From Opitutales bacterium (lineage in GTDB: Bacteria > Verrucomicrobiota > Verrucomicrobiia > Opitutales > PNEW01), in assembly GCA_965197745.1 (NCBI GenBank), contig CBDANS010000007.1:256001-320000 (forward strand): 64,000 bases of DNA, in the 5' to 3' direction. Of this stretch, positions 22,062 through 32,381 are shown piece by piece; position 1 is the first letter of the stretch; each line of letters opens with the position of its first letter. The notes under the pieces are model-generated. The model ran no database searches, was not told the DNA's origin, and worked only from the letters and a program-made list of their open reading frames with translations. The position numbers and the translations under genes were made by a program.

Positions 22062-23573
22062 ATGTCAGAGCAGGTTGTCTCTTCAGTAAACATGGATACC
22101 CTCGTCGGCCTGTGCAAGCGTCGCGGATTTATTTATCAATCTTCCGAAATCTTTGGGGGTATTAATGGGTTTTTTGACTATGCCCCGCTGGGGGTTGAAA
22201 TGCGTCGAAATATCAAAGAAGCGTGGTGGCGTGATATGGTCCACCGTCGCGAGGATATCGTAGGTATTGACGCATCCATAATCATGCACCCTGACGTCTG
22301 GAAAGCATCGGGCCATCTCGAAAATTTCACGGACCCGATGGTCGACTGTAAAGAGTCAAAAATGCGCTACCGTGCCGATCATTTATATTATGCATCCGTT
22401 ATCGTCGATGGTGAATTGATCGGTTATATCTCGGTTCTGGAATCACCGGATATAGAGGATAAGGCAAAAGAGCAAGCTGAGGCTTTGAAGCGAAAATTGG
22501 CGAAACAAGGTAAGCTACAGGCGATTGAGCTGAAAGAATACATGGAGGCGGGAGAGGATGAGTGTAGTCTCATTCCATCACCCGCTACGGGTCAACCGGG
22601 TTCATTAACTCCGCCACGCAATTTTAATCTCATGTTTCAGACCTATGTAGGAGCCTTGCGCGATGAGTCATCTCTTGCCTACCTGCGACCAGAGACTGCT
22701 CAAGGTATTTTCACAAATTTTAAAAATGTTGTTGATACGGGGCGGGTAAAAATACCCTTTGGGATCGCGCAGATCGGTAAGGCTTTCCGCAATGAAATCA
22801 CGCCGCGTAATTTTATTTTTCGCTCCCGCGAATTTGAAGCTATGGAGATTGAATATTTCATTCCCCCTGATGATGATATCTGGCCGAAGTATCATCGTGA
22901 TTGGATCGATACCCGGTTAGATTGGTTCGAGAGTATCGGAATAAGTCGTGATTTGCTTGGAGAAGATATTCACCCGAAAGAAAAACTGTCTCATTACTCT
23001 AGAGCTACGACGGACATTACTTTTCATTATCCTTTTGGCGTGCAAGAGCTCGAGGGAATTTCTGCTCGCGGTGACTATGATCTGCGCCAGCATCAGGAAC
23101 ACTCCGGGAAATCGATGGAATACTTCGATGAGGCGCGTAAGGAACGCTACCTACCCCATGTTATAGAACCGGCCCTTGGTGTGGATCGCACCTTTCTTGC
23201 CGTCTTATGCGCGGCTTATAAAGAAGACGAAATCGACGGTGACAAACGCGTTGTCCTGCGGTTTCATCCGCGGATAGCCCCGATTAAGGCAGCGGTGTTT
23301 CCACTTGTTAAAAACAAACCCGATCTTGTTAAGAAGGCGCGTGAAATATTCAAGCGTCTCCAACTTCGCTGGAATGTATTTTATGACGAATCAGGCGCAA
23401 TTGGCCGCCGTTACCGTCGTATGGATGAGATCGGCACACCCTTTGGGATAACTATCGATTTTGATACCCTTGAAGACGGCACTATTACCCTTCGCGATCG
23501 CGATACCACAAAACAGGCGCGTTTAAATGAGAATGAACTCATGGCCCACCTGAGTGAAAAAATAGAGGGTTGA
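22062..23573 (+). CDS. glyQS: Glycyl-tRNA synthetase, single-subunit (alpha2) type
   Basis: [27 protein letters not shown] and [14 protein letters not shown]. Start uncertain (22023/22062). Confidence 0.95.
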   Translation: MSEQVVSSVNMDTLVGLCKRRGFIYQSSEIFGGINGFFDYAPLGVEMRRNIKEAWWRDMVHRREDIVGIDASIIMHPDVWKASGHLENFTDPMVDCKESKMRYRADHLYYASVIVDGELIGYISVLESPDIEDKAKEQAEALKRKLAKQGKLQAIELKEYMEAGEDECSLIPSPATGQPGSLTPPRNFNLMFQTYVGALRDESSLAYLRPETAQGIFTNFKNVVDTGRVKIPFGIAQIGKAFRNEITPRNFIFRSREFEAMEIEYFIPPDDDIWPKYHRDWIDTRLDWFESIGISRDLLGEDIHPKEKLSHYSRATTDITFHYPFGVQELEGISARGDYDLRQHQEHSGKSMEYFDEARKERYLPHVIEPALGVDRTFLAVLCAAYKEDEIDGDKRVVLRFHPRIAPIKAAVFPLVKNKPDLVKKAREIFKRLQLRWNVFYDESGAIGRRYRRMDEIGTPFGITIDFDTLEDGTITLRDRDTTKQARLNENELMAHLSEKIEG

Positions 23574-23718
23574 AGTTTAGCTTGTTGTAAGCTTTGTCGA
23601 GTGCTTCAAATTAGTCTGAGATGGATTACTTTAATGGGGTATATTTTTTTCACGCCATCCAGAATTAGAGGTTCCTTGACTAATATACCGAGTCGGTTTT
23701 TAATTATGCGCTATACTG

Positions 23719-24516
23719 ATGCAGAAACTCACTACCAGGCGACATACGGATTATTTTGAATATCATACACTGTCTGATGAGCAATTGCATTTCTATAATG
23801 AGAATGGTTATCTCCTGCTAGGGCGCACCCTTACCGATAAGGGCGTTGAACTGATGCTTGAACAGAGCATGCAGGCATGGGCCGCCGAAAAAGGTGAATA
23901 TGATCCTGAAAAAAACTGGCTCCAGAATGCATTGCTTACGAATATCCATCACAAGTCACCACTCGTCAGGAACTATTATTTTGAAGGTCCTCTCGTAGAT
24001 GTTGCTGAACAGATTATCGGCCCTAATATTAAAGGAGTTACTACTCAACTTACATTTAAAATGCGCGGTAATACGAAACCATTTAACTGGCATCAGGATA
24101 ACGGATACGGCGAACTTGAACCTTACAACGCTATCTCCTGTTTAACAGCATTGGAAGACAATGACGAGAATAGCGGGTGCATCAGGATAATCCCTGGCAG
24201 TCATAAGGACGGACAGAGAAAAGTGGTGCATTCCAGCGAGGACAAAGATCAACGGAAAGATATCAAACTCGAAGTCGATGAGTCAAAAGCAGTTCCTTCC
24301 CCCTTGAAAGCAGGGGAGTGTCTTTTTTTCAATTGTTGGATGCTCCATCAGTCAAAGGGTAATTTTTCCAAGGATCGTGATCGTCGTATTCTCTTCATGC
24401 GGTATGCCGATGCCGACGCTATTGAAGTCTATAACGATGGTAAACCACGTCTCGGGCGTTTAGTAAGAGGCCAAACCCGCTTTCCCGAAGTCGCTTCATT
24501 TGAAACGGACCTTTAA
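23719..24516 (+). CDS. Phytanoyl-CoA dioxygenase (PhyH) family Fe/2OG enzyme
   Basis: WHQD (HxD), IPGSH, distal LHQS and RR. Confidence 0.88.
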   Translation: MQKLTTRRHTDYFEYHTLSDEQLHFYNENGYLLLGRTLTDKGVELMLEQSMQAWAAEKGEYDPEKNWLQNALLTNIHHKSPLVRNYYFEGPLVDVAEQIIGPNIKGVTTQLTFKMRGNTKPFNWHQDNGYGELEPYNAISCLTALEDNDENSGCIRIIPGSHKDGQRKVVHSSEDKDQRKDIKLEVDESKAVPSPLKAGECLFFNCWMLHQSKGNFSKDRDRRILFMRYADADAIEVYNDGKPRLGRLVRGQTRFPEVASFETDL

Positions 24517-24580
24517 GTCAGAATTGCATTACCTTATGGTTAGCGGAGCTGCCATTATCGTAACACGGATAGCGCTCAAT

Positions 24581-25534
24581 TTAATATTCTATATTACCGT
24601 GAATCTCATCATGGTACCAATTAACCATGCGCTCAAGACCCACTCTCGGAGATATCTTCGGGTTATAATCTAAAAGCTTGCGTGCTTTGCTGATATCAGC
24701 GCAGGTGGCAATCTGGTCGCCCGGACGTTGGGGTTGTTTTTTGATTATTACCTTTCTGCCCATTATAGCTTCAATCGTGCTTATCCCTTCACCTGTGCTT
24801 ATCGAGGCATCGTTCCCGAGATTAAATATTTCACCCACTGCTGAATCCCACTTTTCAAGCACCGCAACCATGCCATCAATAATATCACTTATGTAGGTAT
24901 AGCTGCGCTCGTGATCCATGCTTCCTTCAAAGAGTGGAAATTCAGTGTTAGTAGCAATGGCCTTGATAAGTTTCGGATAAAGTTTATCGGGGCGCTCTCT
25001 TTCACCGTATACAGAGTAGAGTCGTAGCGAACAGGCGGGTAATTTTGATATATGCTGGCGAGCGAAAACAAGCTGTTCAGCAGCCAGCTTGGTTACCCCA
25101 TATAAGGAAGCAGGTTTGGGAGCAGTCTCTTCATTCTTCCTGGCATACACACCATAAACCGATGATGTCGAAATATTGATAAAAGCCTTTAACGCCGGTG
25201 CGTTGTTCAAGCCTTCAAGGAGCTGTTGTGTCGCGAGGATATTGTTACGGAAGTATGACTCAAATGAAGTACTCGCATTGTTACCCGGTTGTGCTGCGAG
25301 ATGAAAGACCCCTTCGATATCTTTCAGCTGTGAAGTTATATCATCTGAATAGAGATCCGTGACACTCATTTCAATTCCCCCATCAGAAAGTTTTTTAAAA
25401 TTATTTTTTTTCAACTTCGGTGAATAATAATTGTCCAGTGAATCAATACCCGAGACATCATGCCCCTCATGTTTTAATCTTTCTGCGAGGTGTGAGCCGA
25501 TAAATCCAGCTGCTCCGGTAACTAATAGCTTCAT
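24581..25534 (-). CDS. NAD-dependent epimerase (UDP-glucuronate 4-epimerase-like)
   Basis: VTGAAGFIGSH, HLAAQPG, STSSVYG, YGVTK and RPGD. Confidence 0.88.
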   Translation of the reverse strand: MKLLVTGAAGFIGSHLAERLKHEGHDVSGIDSLDNYYSPKLKKNNFKKLSDGGIEMSVTDLYSDDITSQLKDIEGVFHLAAQPGNNASTSFESYFRNNILATQQLLEGLNNAPALKAFINISTSSVYGVYARKNEETAPKPASLYGVTKLAAEQLVFARQHISKLPACSLRLYSVYGERERPDKLYPKLIKAIATNTEFPLFEGSMDHERSYTYISDIIDGMVAVLEKWDSAVGEIFNLGNDASISTGEGISTIEAIMGRKVIIKKQPQRPGDQIATCADISKARKLLDYNPKISPRVGLERMVNWYHDEIHGNIEY

Positions 25535-25561
25535 AATCAGGTTGGAAAAATGTATTTCTCT

Positions 25562-27280
25562 TTAGCTGTCTTCAGTAAATCTCCAATCAACCAGTTTGAG
25601 CTGAGGCGATTTTCGACCATTCCAGAAATTCCATGCCAGTTTGGCGGCTAAATCTATGGGTTTGTTTCGAGGAGGAATTTTATCACCCTGGTTCCAGGCT
25701 ACTCCAAATAGGCGCATGCCGCTATTGGGTTCAAGCTGGAAACGGAAGTGATTTTGACCAAACGGTTCTGGTTGTGACTTTAATATAATATTGTGCAAAC
25801 CAAATATAGGCTCTGCGTTGCCTTGGCCAAATGGATGGAGGAGATTTAAATCATCGAGAAACTGCTCATTGATGGACTCGGGGGTTATCCATATGGCAAT
25901 TTCTAATTCTGGCTCTTGCCGCAAACCTTTCAAATAATCATCTACGGCCTCATGAAATGCTTTTTGAAATTCCATTAAACGACTGGGGTCAAGAGAGACA
26001 CCAACGGCCATGGGATGCCCTCCCCACTGCCCAAGCAATTCTTGACACTTTTTGAGGATCTCAACCAGGTTGACTCCCTTGATACTTCGTCCCGAACCTT
26101 TAGCCAAATTTCCTTCAGCCCCTAAAACAATACAGGGCCGATAATATTTTTGGGTCATGCGACTGGCAACGATACCCACTACGCCGGGGTGCCACGCATC
26201 GTTATAAAGGACAATTCCCGCAACCTCAGGACAGGTATTTTCAAATAGCTCTATTGCTTCTGAAAAAATATTGCGTTCAATAGCCCGGCGTTCCTCATTA
26301 AAGTTATTGAGCGTGTGTGCTGCTTCCTGGCACAGCTTTTGATCATCGCTCAAGAGCATTTTAATGGGAAGAGTAGCGTCAGCTAATCGCCCGCTGGCAT
26401 TTATACGGGGACTTAAACGATAGGATATATCCACCGTTGACACCTCTTCTCCGAGTGTCATGCCACTTATTTCGCAGAGGGCGTTTAGGCCCAGACGATT
26501 AGAATTTTTGAGGGAGTTTAATCCCGCCTTAGTTAGAATGCGGTTTTCCCCGCAAAGGGGAACGAGATCAGCGATAGTCCCCATTGCCACGAGGTCTAGA
26601 TAGTCTTTCAACTCGATATCACTGGCCAGGGGATGGCCGCGATTACGCAATTCTTTAAGAAAGCCGTGCACTAATTTAAAGACAAGCCCAACGCTGCATA
26701 AGTGTCGCCATGGCTCTGCTTCGTTGTCATAAACATGAGGATTAATAATAATACAATCATTGGGTATTGCTTCTTTCGAAGGGTGGTGATCAATAATAAT
26801 GACATCAACCCCCTGTTCACGGAGGAAAGAAACTTCATCATTTGAATTGGTTCCACAATCGATGGCGATGAAAAGATTTACATGGCCTCCTTGTAGGGCC
26901 CGTTCTATAGCGGCATGGGAAAGGCCATATCCTTCCTCCATGCGTCTTGGTACGAGATAGCGTGGATAAAGACTAAAACGATTGAGGATACTGACGAGTA
27001 ATACAGTACTCGTTATGCCGTCGACATCATAGTCGCCAAGGATCAGGATTTCTTCATTCGATGCCATCGCCTGGCACAACCGCTCCACCGCGCGCTTGAG
27101 ATTGGTGACACGAAAGGGATCATCAAGCACCCCAAGCCGGGGGTTAATGAAGTCATTGACAGCTTGTGTTTCGGTTAATCCCCTGTGGACAAGAAGGCTT
27201 GCTATGATTTTACTGATACCGAGCTGATTGTTTATATTATAAACATGATCCTCGGCTATCGGCGTATTTATCCAGCGCAT
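25562..27280 (-). CDS. recJ: ssDNA-specific exonuclease RecJ
   Basis: GDYDVDG, DCGT, IIDHH, PRINASGR and GGHPMA. Confidence 0.96.
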   Translation of the reverse strand: MRWINTPIAEDHVYNINNQLGISKIIASLLVHRGLTETQAVNDFINPRLGVLDDPFRVTNLKRAVERLCQAMASNEEILILGDYDVDGITSTVLLVSILNRFSLYPRYLVPRRMEEGYGLSHAAIERALQGGHVNLFIAIDCGTNSNDEVSFLREQGVDVIIIDHHPSKEAIPNDCIIINPHVYDNEAEPWRHLCSVGLVFKLVHGFLKELRNRGHPLASDIELKDYLDLVAMGTIADLVPLCGENRILTKAGLNSLKNSNRLGLNALCEISGMTLGEEVSTVDISYRLSPRINASGRLADATLPIKMLLSDDQKLCQEAAHTLNNFNEERRAIERNIFSEAIELFENTCPEVAGIVLYNDAWHPGVVGIVASRMTQKYYRPCIVLGAEGNLAKGSGRSIKGVNLVEILKKCQELLGQWGGHPMAVGVSLDPSRLMEFQKAFHEAVDDYLKGLRQEPELEIAIWITPESINEQFLDDLNLLHPFGQGNAEPIFGLHNIILKSQPEPFGQNHFRFQLEPNSGMRLFGVAWNQGDKIPPRNKPIDLAAKLAWNFWNGRKSPQLKLVDWRFTEDS

Positions 27281-27288
27281 GATTTACT

Positions 27289-29859
27289 TTAAGTGGTCTT
27301 TCCCGTGCTCTCCCAGTCACGTTTGGGAACCACATCGTGCTGATCTTCGACGTGTCTGCGATCACCTTTATGCCACCAGTAAAATACAGGACTGGCAATA
27401 AAGATAGAGGAAAAAGTACCCGTAAGTATACCGATTAGAAAGACAAGAGCGAAATCGATAATCACTCCAGCCGCAAAAATATAAAGGGCGAGCGTGGCTA
27501 GCATGGTTGTCAAACTGGTTAATATAGTGCGTGCCAACGTGCGGTTAATTGCGTTGTTAACTATTTTTTTAAGGTTCATGCCAGGATTAAGTTCTAACTC
27601 TTCACGTATGCGGTCAAAAACGACAATGCTATCGTTAATAGAGTAGCCTATGACCATAAGGATGGCAGCGACCATCGGCGCGGTGAATTGTCCACTTCCA
27701 ATCCCCAGCATCCCTAGAAGAACAAATAGTCCGAGGGTCATTAATACATCATGGATGGTCGCAACGACAGCACCCACTCCATACCCGAACTCGAATCGAA
27801 AAGCGACGTAAAGCAGTATTCCAATTAAGGCCACGGAGAATGAGAGAAGGGCACTGTACTGAACTTCCTTTCCCACCGATGCGCCAACATGAGTCTCACC
27901 CACCATCTTCAATCCGGCGTTTGGGTAGGCATTTTCTAAAGCGGTGAAAAAGCTTTGTCCCATTTCACTCTCGGTCTGAATTTTTAATATTTCTCCCCCC
28001 TCACCGATGATACTCTGGTAGATGGGATTAACTTCTCCGAAGTCTCCATTCTCGGCGATACGCTGAATTTCCTCGTAACTGAGTTCGCGTTCGTAAGTGA
28101 GGGTAATCTCATCACCTCCGAGGAAATCAATACCGAGGATTTTATTAAAACTGGAGAAAACAGAAATTAAACCAATGAGGACAATGATCCATGATGTGAT
28201 AAAAGCGGGTCTGCGGTAATCGAGAAAATTGATTATATTAGCCTGGTGAATACTTAAACGCATCATTCTTTTAATGAGGCCTGTATTGATGAGGAATTCG
28301 AGAATAAATCGGCTGACGATAAGCGCGCAGAACATGGAAGCCAATATACCAATGGCGAGAGTGACGCCGAATCCCTTTACCGGGCCGGACCCCAGCCAGA
28401 TGAGAATACCCGCGGTAATGAGTGTTGTGACATTGGCATCAATGATTGTCGAAAGCACTTTGTCATATCCGGAGATAAGTGAAGTGAGAAGTTTTTTCCC
28501 GGATTTTAACTCTTCGCGTATGCGTTCAAAGATGAGAATATTGGCATCTACGGCCATGCCTATGGTGAGAATAAGAGCAGCCACACCGGGAAGACTCACA
28601 GTGGCCCCGATGCTGGCCAGCGTTCCCACGACAATGACGATATTTATCGTTACAGAAATTACGGCAACCAGGCCAGCTGATTGGTAGTATATAATCATGA
28701 AAAAGATAACCAGTACCGCGCCGAAGAAAGCGGCTTCGATACTGGCCAGGCGGGCATCCTTGGCCAGGGTTGGACCCACTTCATACATTTCTACGACTTC
28801 AAGGCCAACTTCCAGCGGATTGTTTAAGACATTAGCTAATTCAACTGCTTCTCTTTGTGAAAAGCGTCCAGAGATTTCCGCCCCACCCCGAATTTCATCT
28901 TTTACCGTTGGAGCCGAATAAAGTTTCCCGTCGAGTATAATCGCGAGCTGTCCTAAGATGTTCTGCCTGCTGCTTTTATTTTCTTCGCCTATGCGTCGGG
29001 TGATATCGGCAAATTTATTCTCCCCTTCATCAGTAAAGCTCAAGAGGACACGATACCCGCCAAACTCATTAGGCGAAGCATAGGCATTGCTGATGATTTC
29101 ACCCGTTGTCTCAGGTACTTTTTTGATAAAGTAAGAGCGTTCAACGATTTCGCCACTACGGGGATCCTCGTCTTCTTCGACCATGAGGACGTAACCGGGC
29201 GGTGTCAGTTCAGGTGGTGTCGTGCGGGGGTCTGCGGTGCGGTGGACAAGACTGAACTCAAGGAGAGCGGGCGCCTGGAGAGAATCGATGGCATCGGGAT
29301 TATCGCGGGTGGATAGCCCTGGCATCTGCACTTCGATAGCATTGTTACCCCGAATACGAATCACGGGCTCCGCGACACCCAGACCATCAACGCGGCGGGC
29401 AATAATGCTTTTTGCTTGTGATAATTGTTCATTGCGTTCCCAGTCCTCCTCTGAGAGGTCTTCCTCTTTGACTTTAAAAGTGAAAGCTACACCACCCTTA
29501 AGATCTAACCCCAGCTTTACCTTGCCATGAGATTCATCTAAGAGGTAACGCAAAATAGTATCATTGCGTTTTTTGATATTCTTTATGTCATGCGCGTTGA
29601 TCTCGGGAAAATGTTCTTGAAGATCGATATTCTCCTCATCGACAATCCGCTTCAGCGCAATAAATAGAGTAGGATCCTCTCCGGCTTCAACTTGATCCTT
29701 GGCGCGTTGGAGGATACTATTGAACGTTTCCTCTTTGAATGTAACATTTGCCTTAACAAAGTCTTCAAAGGGGGTGTCCTCCCATGGGACTATATTAAGG
29801 ATAGCCCAGGCGAGAATTAAAGCGGAAACCACACTTTTCCAAAGAATGCTACCAGTCAT
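27289..29859 (-). CDS. secDF: Fused protein translocase subunit SecDF
   Basis: LGLDLKGG, GMAVDANILIFERIREE, GIDFLGG and GYSINDSIVVFDRIRE. Confidence 0.95.
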   Translation of the reverse strand: MTGSILWKSVVSALILAWAILNIVPWEDTPFEDFVKANVTFKEETFNSILQRAKDQVEAGEDPTLFIALKRIVDEENIDLQEHFPEINAHDIKNIKKRNDTILRYLLDESHGKVKLGLDLKGGVAFTFKVKEEDLSEEDWERNEQLSQAKSIIARRVDGLGVAEPVIRIRGNNAIEVQMPGLSTRDNPDAIDSLQAPALLEFSLVHRTADPRTTPPELTPPGYVLMVEEDEDPRSGEIVERSYFIKKVPETTGEIISNAYASPNEFGGYRVLLSFTDEGENKFADITRRIGEENKSSRQNILGQLAIILDGKLYSAPTVKDEIRGGAEISGRFSQREAVELANVLNNPLEVGLEVVEMYEVGPTLAKDARLASIEAAFFGAVLVIFFMIIYYQSAGLVAVISVTINIVIVVGTLASIGATVSLPGVAALILTIGMAVDANILIFERIREELKSGKKLLTSLISGYDKVLSTIIDANVTTLITAGILIWLGSGPVKGFGVTLAIGILASMFCALIVSRFILEFLINTGLIKRMMRLSIHQANIINFLDYRRPAFITSWIIVLIGLISVFSSFNKILGIDFLGGDEITLTYERELSYEEIQRIAENGDFGEVNPIYQSIIGEGGEILKIQTESEMGQSFFTALENAYPNAGLKMVGETHVGASVGKEVQYSALLSFSVALIGILLYVAFRFEFGYGVGAVVATIHDVLMTLGLFVLLGMLGIGSGQFTAPMVAAILMVIGYSINDSIVVFDRIREELELNPGMNLKKIVNNAINRTLARTILTSLTTMLATLALYIFAAGVIIDFALVFLIGILTGTFSSIFIASPVFYWWHKGDRRHVEDQHDVVPKRDWESTGKTT

Positions 29860-29892
29860 AAAAGGATAAGCTAGGTCTTAGACAACTGACAC

Positions 29893-30222
29893 TCAGGAAT
29901 CTGATTTGTCCTTTTTCTCAAGTTTGCTCTGAACATAACTTTTGTTCAGTTCTATTTTCGTGTTATCGGACACTCTTACCACGAAACGATCACCTTTTAC
30001 ATTGGTGATGATGCCGTATATTCCTCCGTTTGTTACAATTTCATCTCCCGTCCCTAATGATCGAATCATCTTATCATGGTCTTTTTGTTTTTTGCGTTGA
30101 GGGGCAATAATAAGAAACCACATGCCCGCGAAAAGCAGACCAAATATCAGAATTTGAAAAGATGGGTTAGATCCTCCCTGTTGTGCCATTACGATCGGAT
30201 AATGTAAAAGAGAATCAATCAT
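29893..30222 (-). CDS. yajC: Preprotein translocase subunit YajC
   Basis: Single TM, PQRKKQK and GDEIVTNGGIYG; directly upstream of secDF. Start uncertain. Confidence 0.92.
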   Translation of the reverse strand: MIDSLLHYPIVMAQQGGSNPSFQILIFGLLFAGMWFLIIAPQRKKQKDHDKMIRSLGTGDEIVTNGGIYGIITNVKGDRFVVRVSDNTKIELNKSYVQSKLEKKDKSDS

Positions 30223-30347
30223 GATAATATATATTGCGGGATTGGAATAATGGAAAGGGTCAATCAAATTTACTGATATTTAAAAGGCAAGTCATTTCAA
30301 ATTTGCTTTTTTAACAGTCAGACTTCACACAGCTGGAATTAAGAATT

Positions 30348-31598
30348 TTATTCGGGAGAAAACGCAGCGACTTTTATAAAGGCATCATCAGCCATACAAA
30401 TAGCCGCATCGATATCTGATTCCTGGTGAGCGGCGTTAACGAACCAATTGTGGTGGGGGTGAAAAAAAACACCGTTTTCCATACAATATCCACTAAATTT
30501 TTGCATGCGCATTAAATAGGATTCTCCATAAAAACGCATGTATGGTAAAGCGGGCGGTCCAGAACATTTTACTTCAATTCCATGTTTTGCCGCAGCATTC
30601 TCCAGACCCTGCGTGAGACGTCTGCCCATATTCTCGAGGTGTTCAACAACCTTATCTCGCTTGAGAATATGAAGGCAGGTTAGAGCAGCCGCCATGGGCA
30701 CTGCACTGAACCAATAGCTGCCTGTCATAAAAACCTTGCTTGCGGCCTGTTTAATATCTTCACGTCCGAGCGCGGCAGAAAGGGGGTAGCCGTTGGCAAT
30801 CGCCTTACAGTAACAGGCAATGTCAGGAGTAAAATCAAATACCCGGTGTGAACCCCCGTGATGGAGGCGAAATCCAGCCCTTATGTCGTCGAGAATTAAT
30901 ACGATGCTTTCACTTCTACAGGTATTCTCGATCTCCTTTAAATACCCCTCCGCCGGCAATAGGGAATCAGCAGCGCCAGGGTGATGGTATGGAGTCGTAA
31001 ATACAGCCGCAATTTGATCTTTGTGTTGTGTAATCAAATCGTGGAAGCTTTTTAAATCATTCCATTTATAGGTGTGGGTGTGAACATGATCTTCCTCAAT
31101 GGAACCGCTCGTTACCCGCTGGGAACACCAGGAGGCGGTGCCATGGTAAGCGCCCTCGACGGTCAGGACTTTTTTACGACCAGTATATTCACGTGCGATT
31201 TTAGTAGCCCAGTGTATCATGTCAGATCCGTTTTTCCCAAAGACAGCCCAATCGGCAAAATCTATCGTATCTACAAGATATTCAGCTAATTCAACGAACC
31301 GTTCGCTGGGATGATTGAAACAATCCCCAGCTTTACTTTGTTCATCGGCTGCAGCGCATACTTCAGCGTTATTATGACCTAAAATGATGGGGCCATAACT
31401 GCAGAGGAAATCAATGTATTCGCGTCCATCGATGTCCCAGTAACGACAGCCGTCAGCGCGAGCCGCAAAATAGGGCGCAATTCCTGGTACGGTGTTTGCG
31501 GGACTGTTATGACCGTAGATCCCGCCGGGAATGACTTGAACCGCGCGTTCAAATAGTTTTTGAGTGTTTTTTGCAAGCTTCGGCGCTTTAGTTTCCAT
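30348..31598 (-). CDS. Class III PLP aminotransferase (GSA-aminomutase fold, FumI-like)
   Basis: IPGGIYGH, KNGSD, GAYHG, LILDDIRAGFR, CKAIANGYP (PLP Lys) and TGSYWFSAVPMAAA. Confidence 0.85.
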   Translation of the reverse strand: METKAPKLAKNTQKLFERAVQVIPGGIYGHNSPANTVPGIAPYFAARADGCRYWDIDGREYIDFLCSYGPIILGHNNAEVCAAADEQSKAGDCFNHPSERFVELAEYLVDTIDFADWAVFGKNGSDMIHWATKIAREYTGRKKVLTVEGAYHGTASWCSQRVTSGSIEEDHVHTHTYKWNDLKSFHDLITQHKDQIAAVFTTPYHHPGAADSLLPAEGYLKEIENTCRSESIVLILDDIRAGFRLHHGGSHRVFDFTPDIACYCKAIANGYPLSAALGREDIKQAASKVFMTGSYWFSAVPMAAALTCLHILKRDKVVEHLENMGRRLTQGLENAAAKHGIEVKCSGPPALPYMRFYGESYLMRMQKFSGYCMENGVFFHPHHNWFVNAAHQESDIDAAICMADDAFIKVAAFSPE

Positions 31599-32373
31599 GA
31601 TTGAGATATAATGAAATACGATCGCTGATCAGCCCCAGGCGTTCGGCTAAGGTGATATCTCCTTCAATGCGTAAAGATCCCAATCCAATTTCCGCCATGT
31701 TGATTATTTTGTTACGAAATGCCGCTAATGCAATATTGGAATCTTCAAATATAATTTTTACGTCCGGGGAGTGGGGAGGTGCGCCCTTACCGTGATTGAT
31801 TTTACCTCCCTTCCATTGAATCCAACCGGTAATATCACAGTCATTGATTGTTAAATATGCCAGTCCCTCCGGTGTCGCTTTTATGAGTTGACGGGATGTC
31901 TCTTCGTTTTCACCTAACTCTTTTGTCGCCGCTAAAATGATCCCGAAGAGGATTTTTAAATGCTTAGCACGAAATGCCGAATCCTCCAGAGTGTTGGCGT
32001 CCGGTTGCACGTATTTTGTAAAAAGAGTGCTTAGGTGTTTAAATATAATCAGTTGCTTTATCCGCCAGCACCCCCGCGTTATTAAAGGAAAAGCAAAACC
32101 GCTTTGATTAAACATGTGGTTAAGTTGTCGCTCGGAGAGGAAAACCATTTTTATCGCTTTTGCATTATCGTTCGCTCCCATAAACTCGCAGCAACCGTTC
32201 TCAAATTTAATCACAGCATTTAATTGAGAGCGTGTGCTGATAGAGATGGAAAAATTCGTTTTTCCGAGGATTTGCTTAGCCTCAGGAACCACCGTCATAA
32301 AATCCTCGAAAGCGTAAAGGACAGCGTTAAGATGCAATCGACAAAGAATATGATCTTCAGCAGCGGAATTCAT
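31588..32373 (-). CDS. Hypothetical protein with SCP2-like lipid-binding domain(s)
   Basis: C-terminal PDVKIIF...GSLRIEGDITLAERL pattern typical of SCP2; overlaps the aminotransferase start. Confidence 0.55.
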   Translation of the reverse strand: MNSAAEDHILCRLHLNAVLYAFEDFMTVVPEAKQILGKTNFSISISTRSQLNAVIKFENGCCEFMGANDNAKAIKMVFLSERQLNHMFNQSGFAFPLITRGCWRIKQLIIFKHLSTLFTKYVQPDANTLEDSAFRAKHLKILFGIILAATKELGENEETSRQLIKATPEGLAYLTINDCDITGWIQWKGGKINHGKGAPPHSPDVKIIFEDSNIALAAFRNKIINMAEIGLGSLRIEGDITLAERLGLISDRISLYLNHGN

Positions 32374-32381
32374 CGATCTAT

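Noticed and set aside
30348..31598. hemL (glutamate-1-semialdehyde aminomutase)
   Set aside because: It lacks the HemL signatures PGGVNSPVR, SGTEA and FDEVMTGFR.
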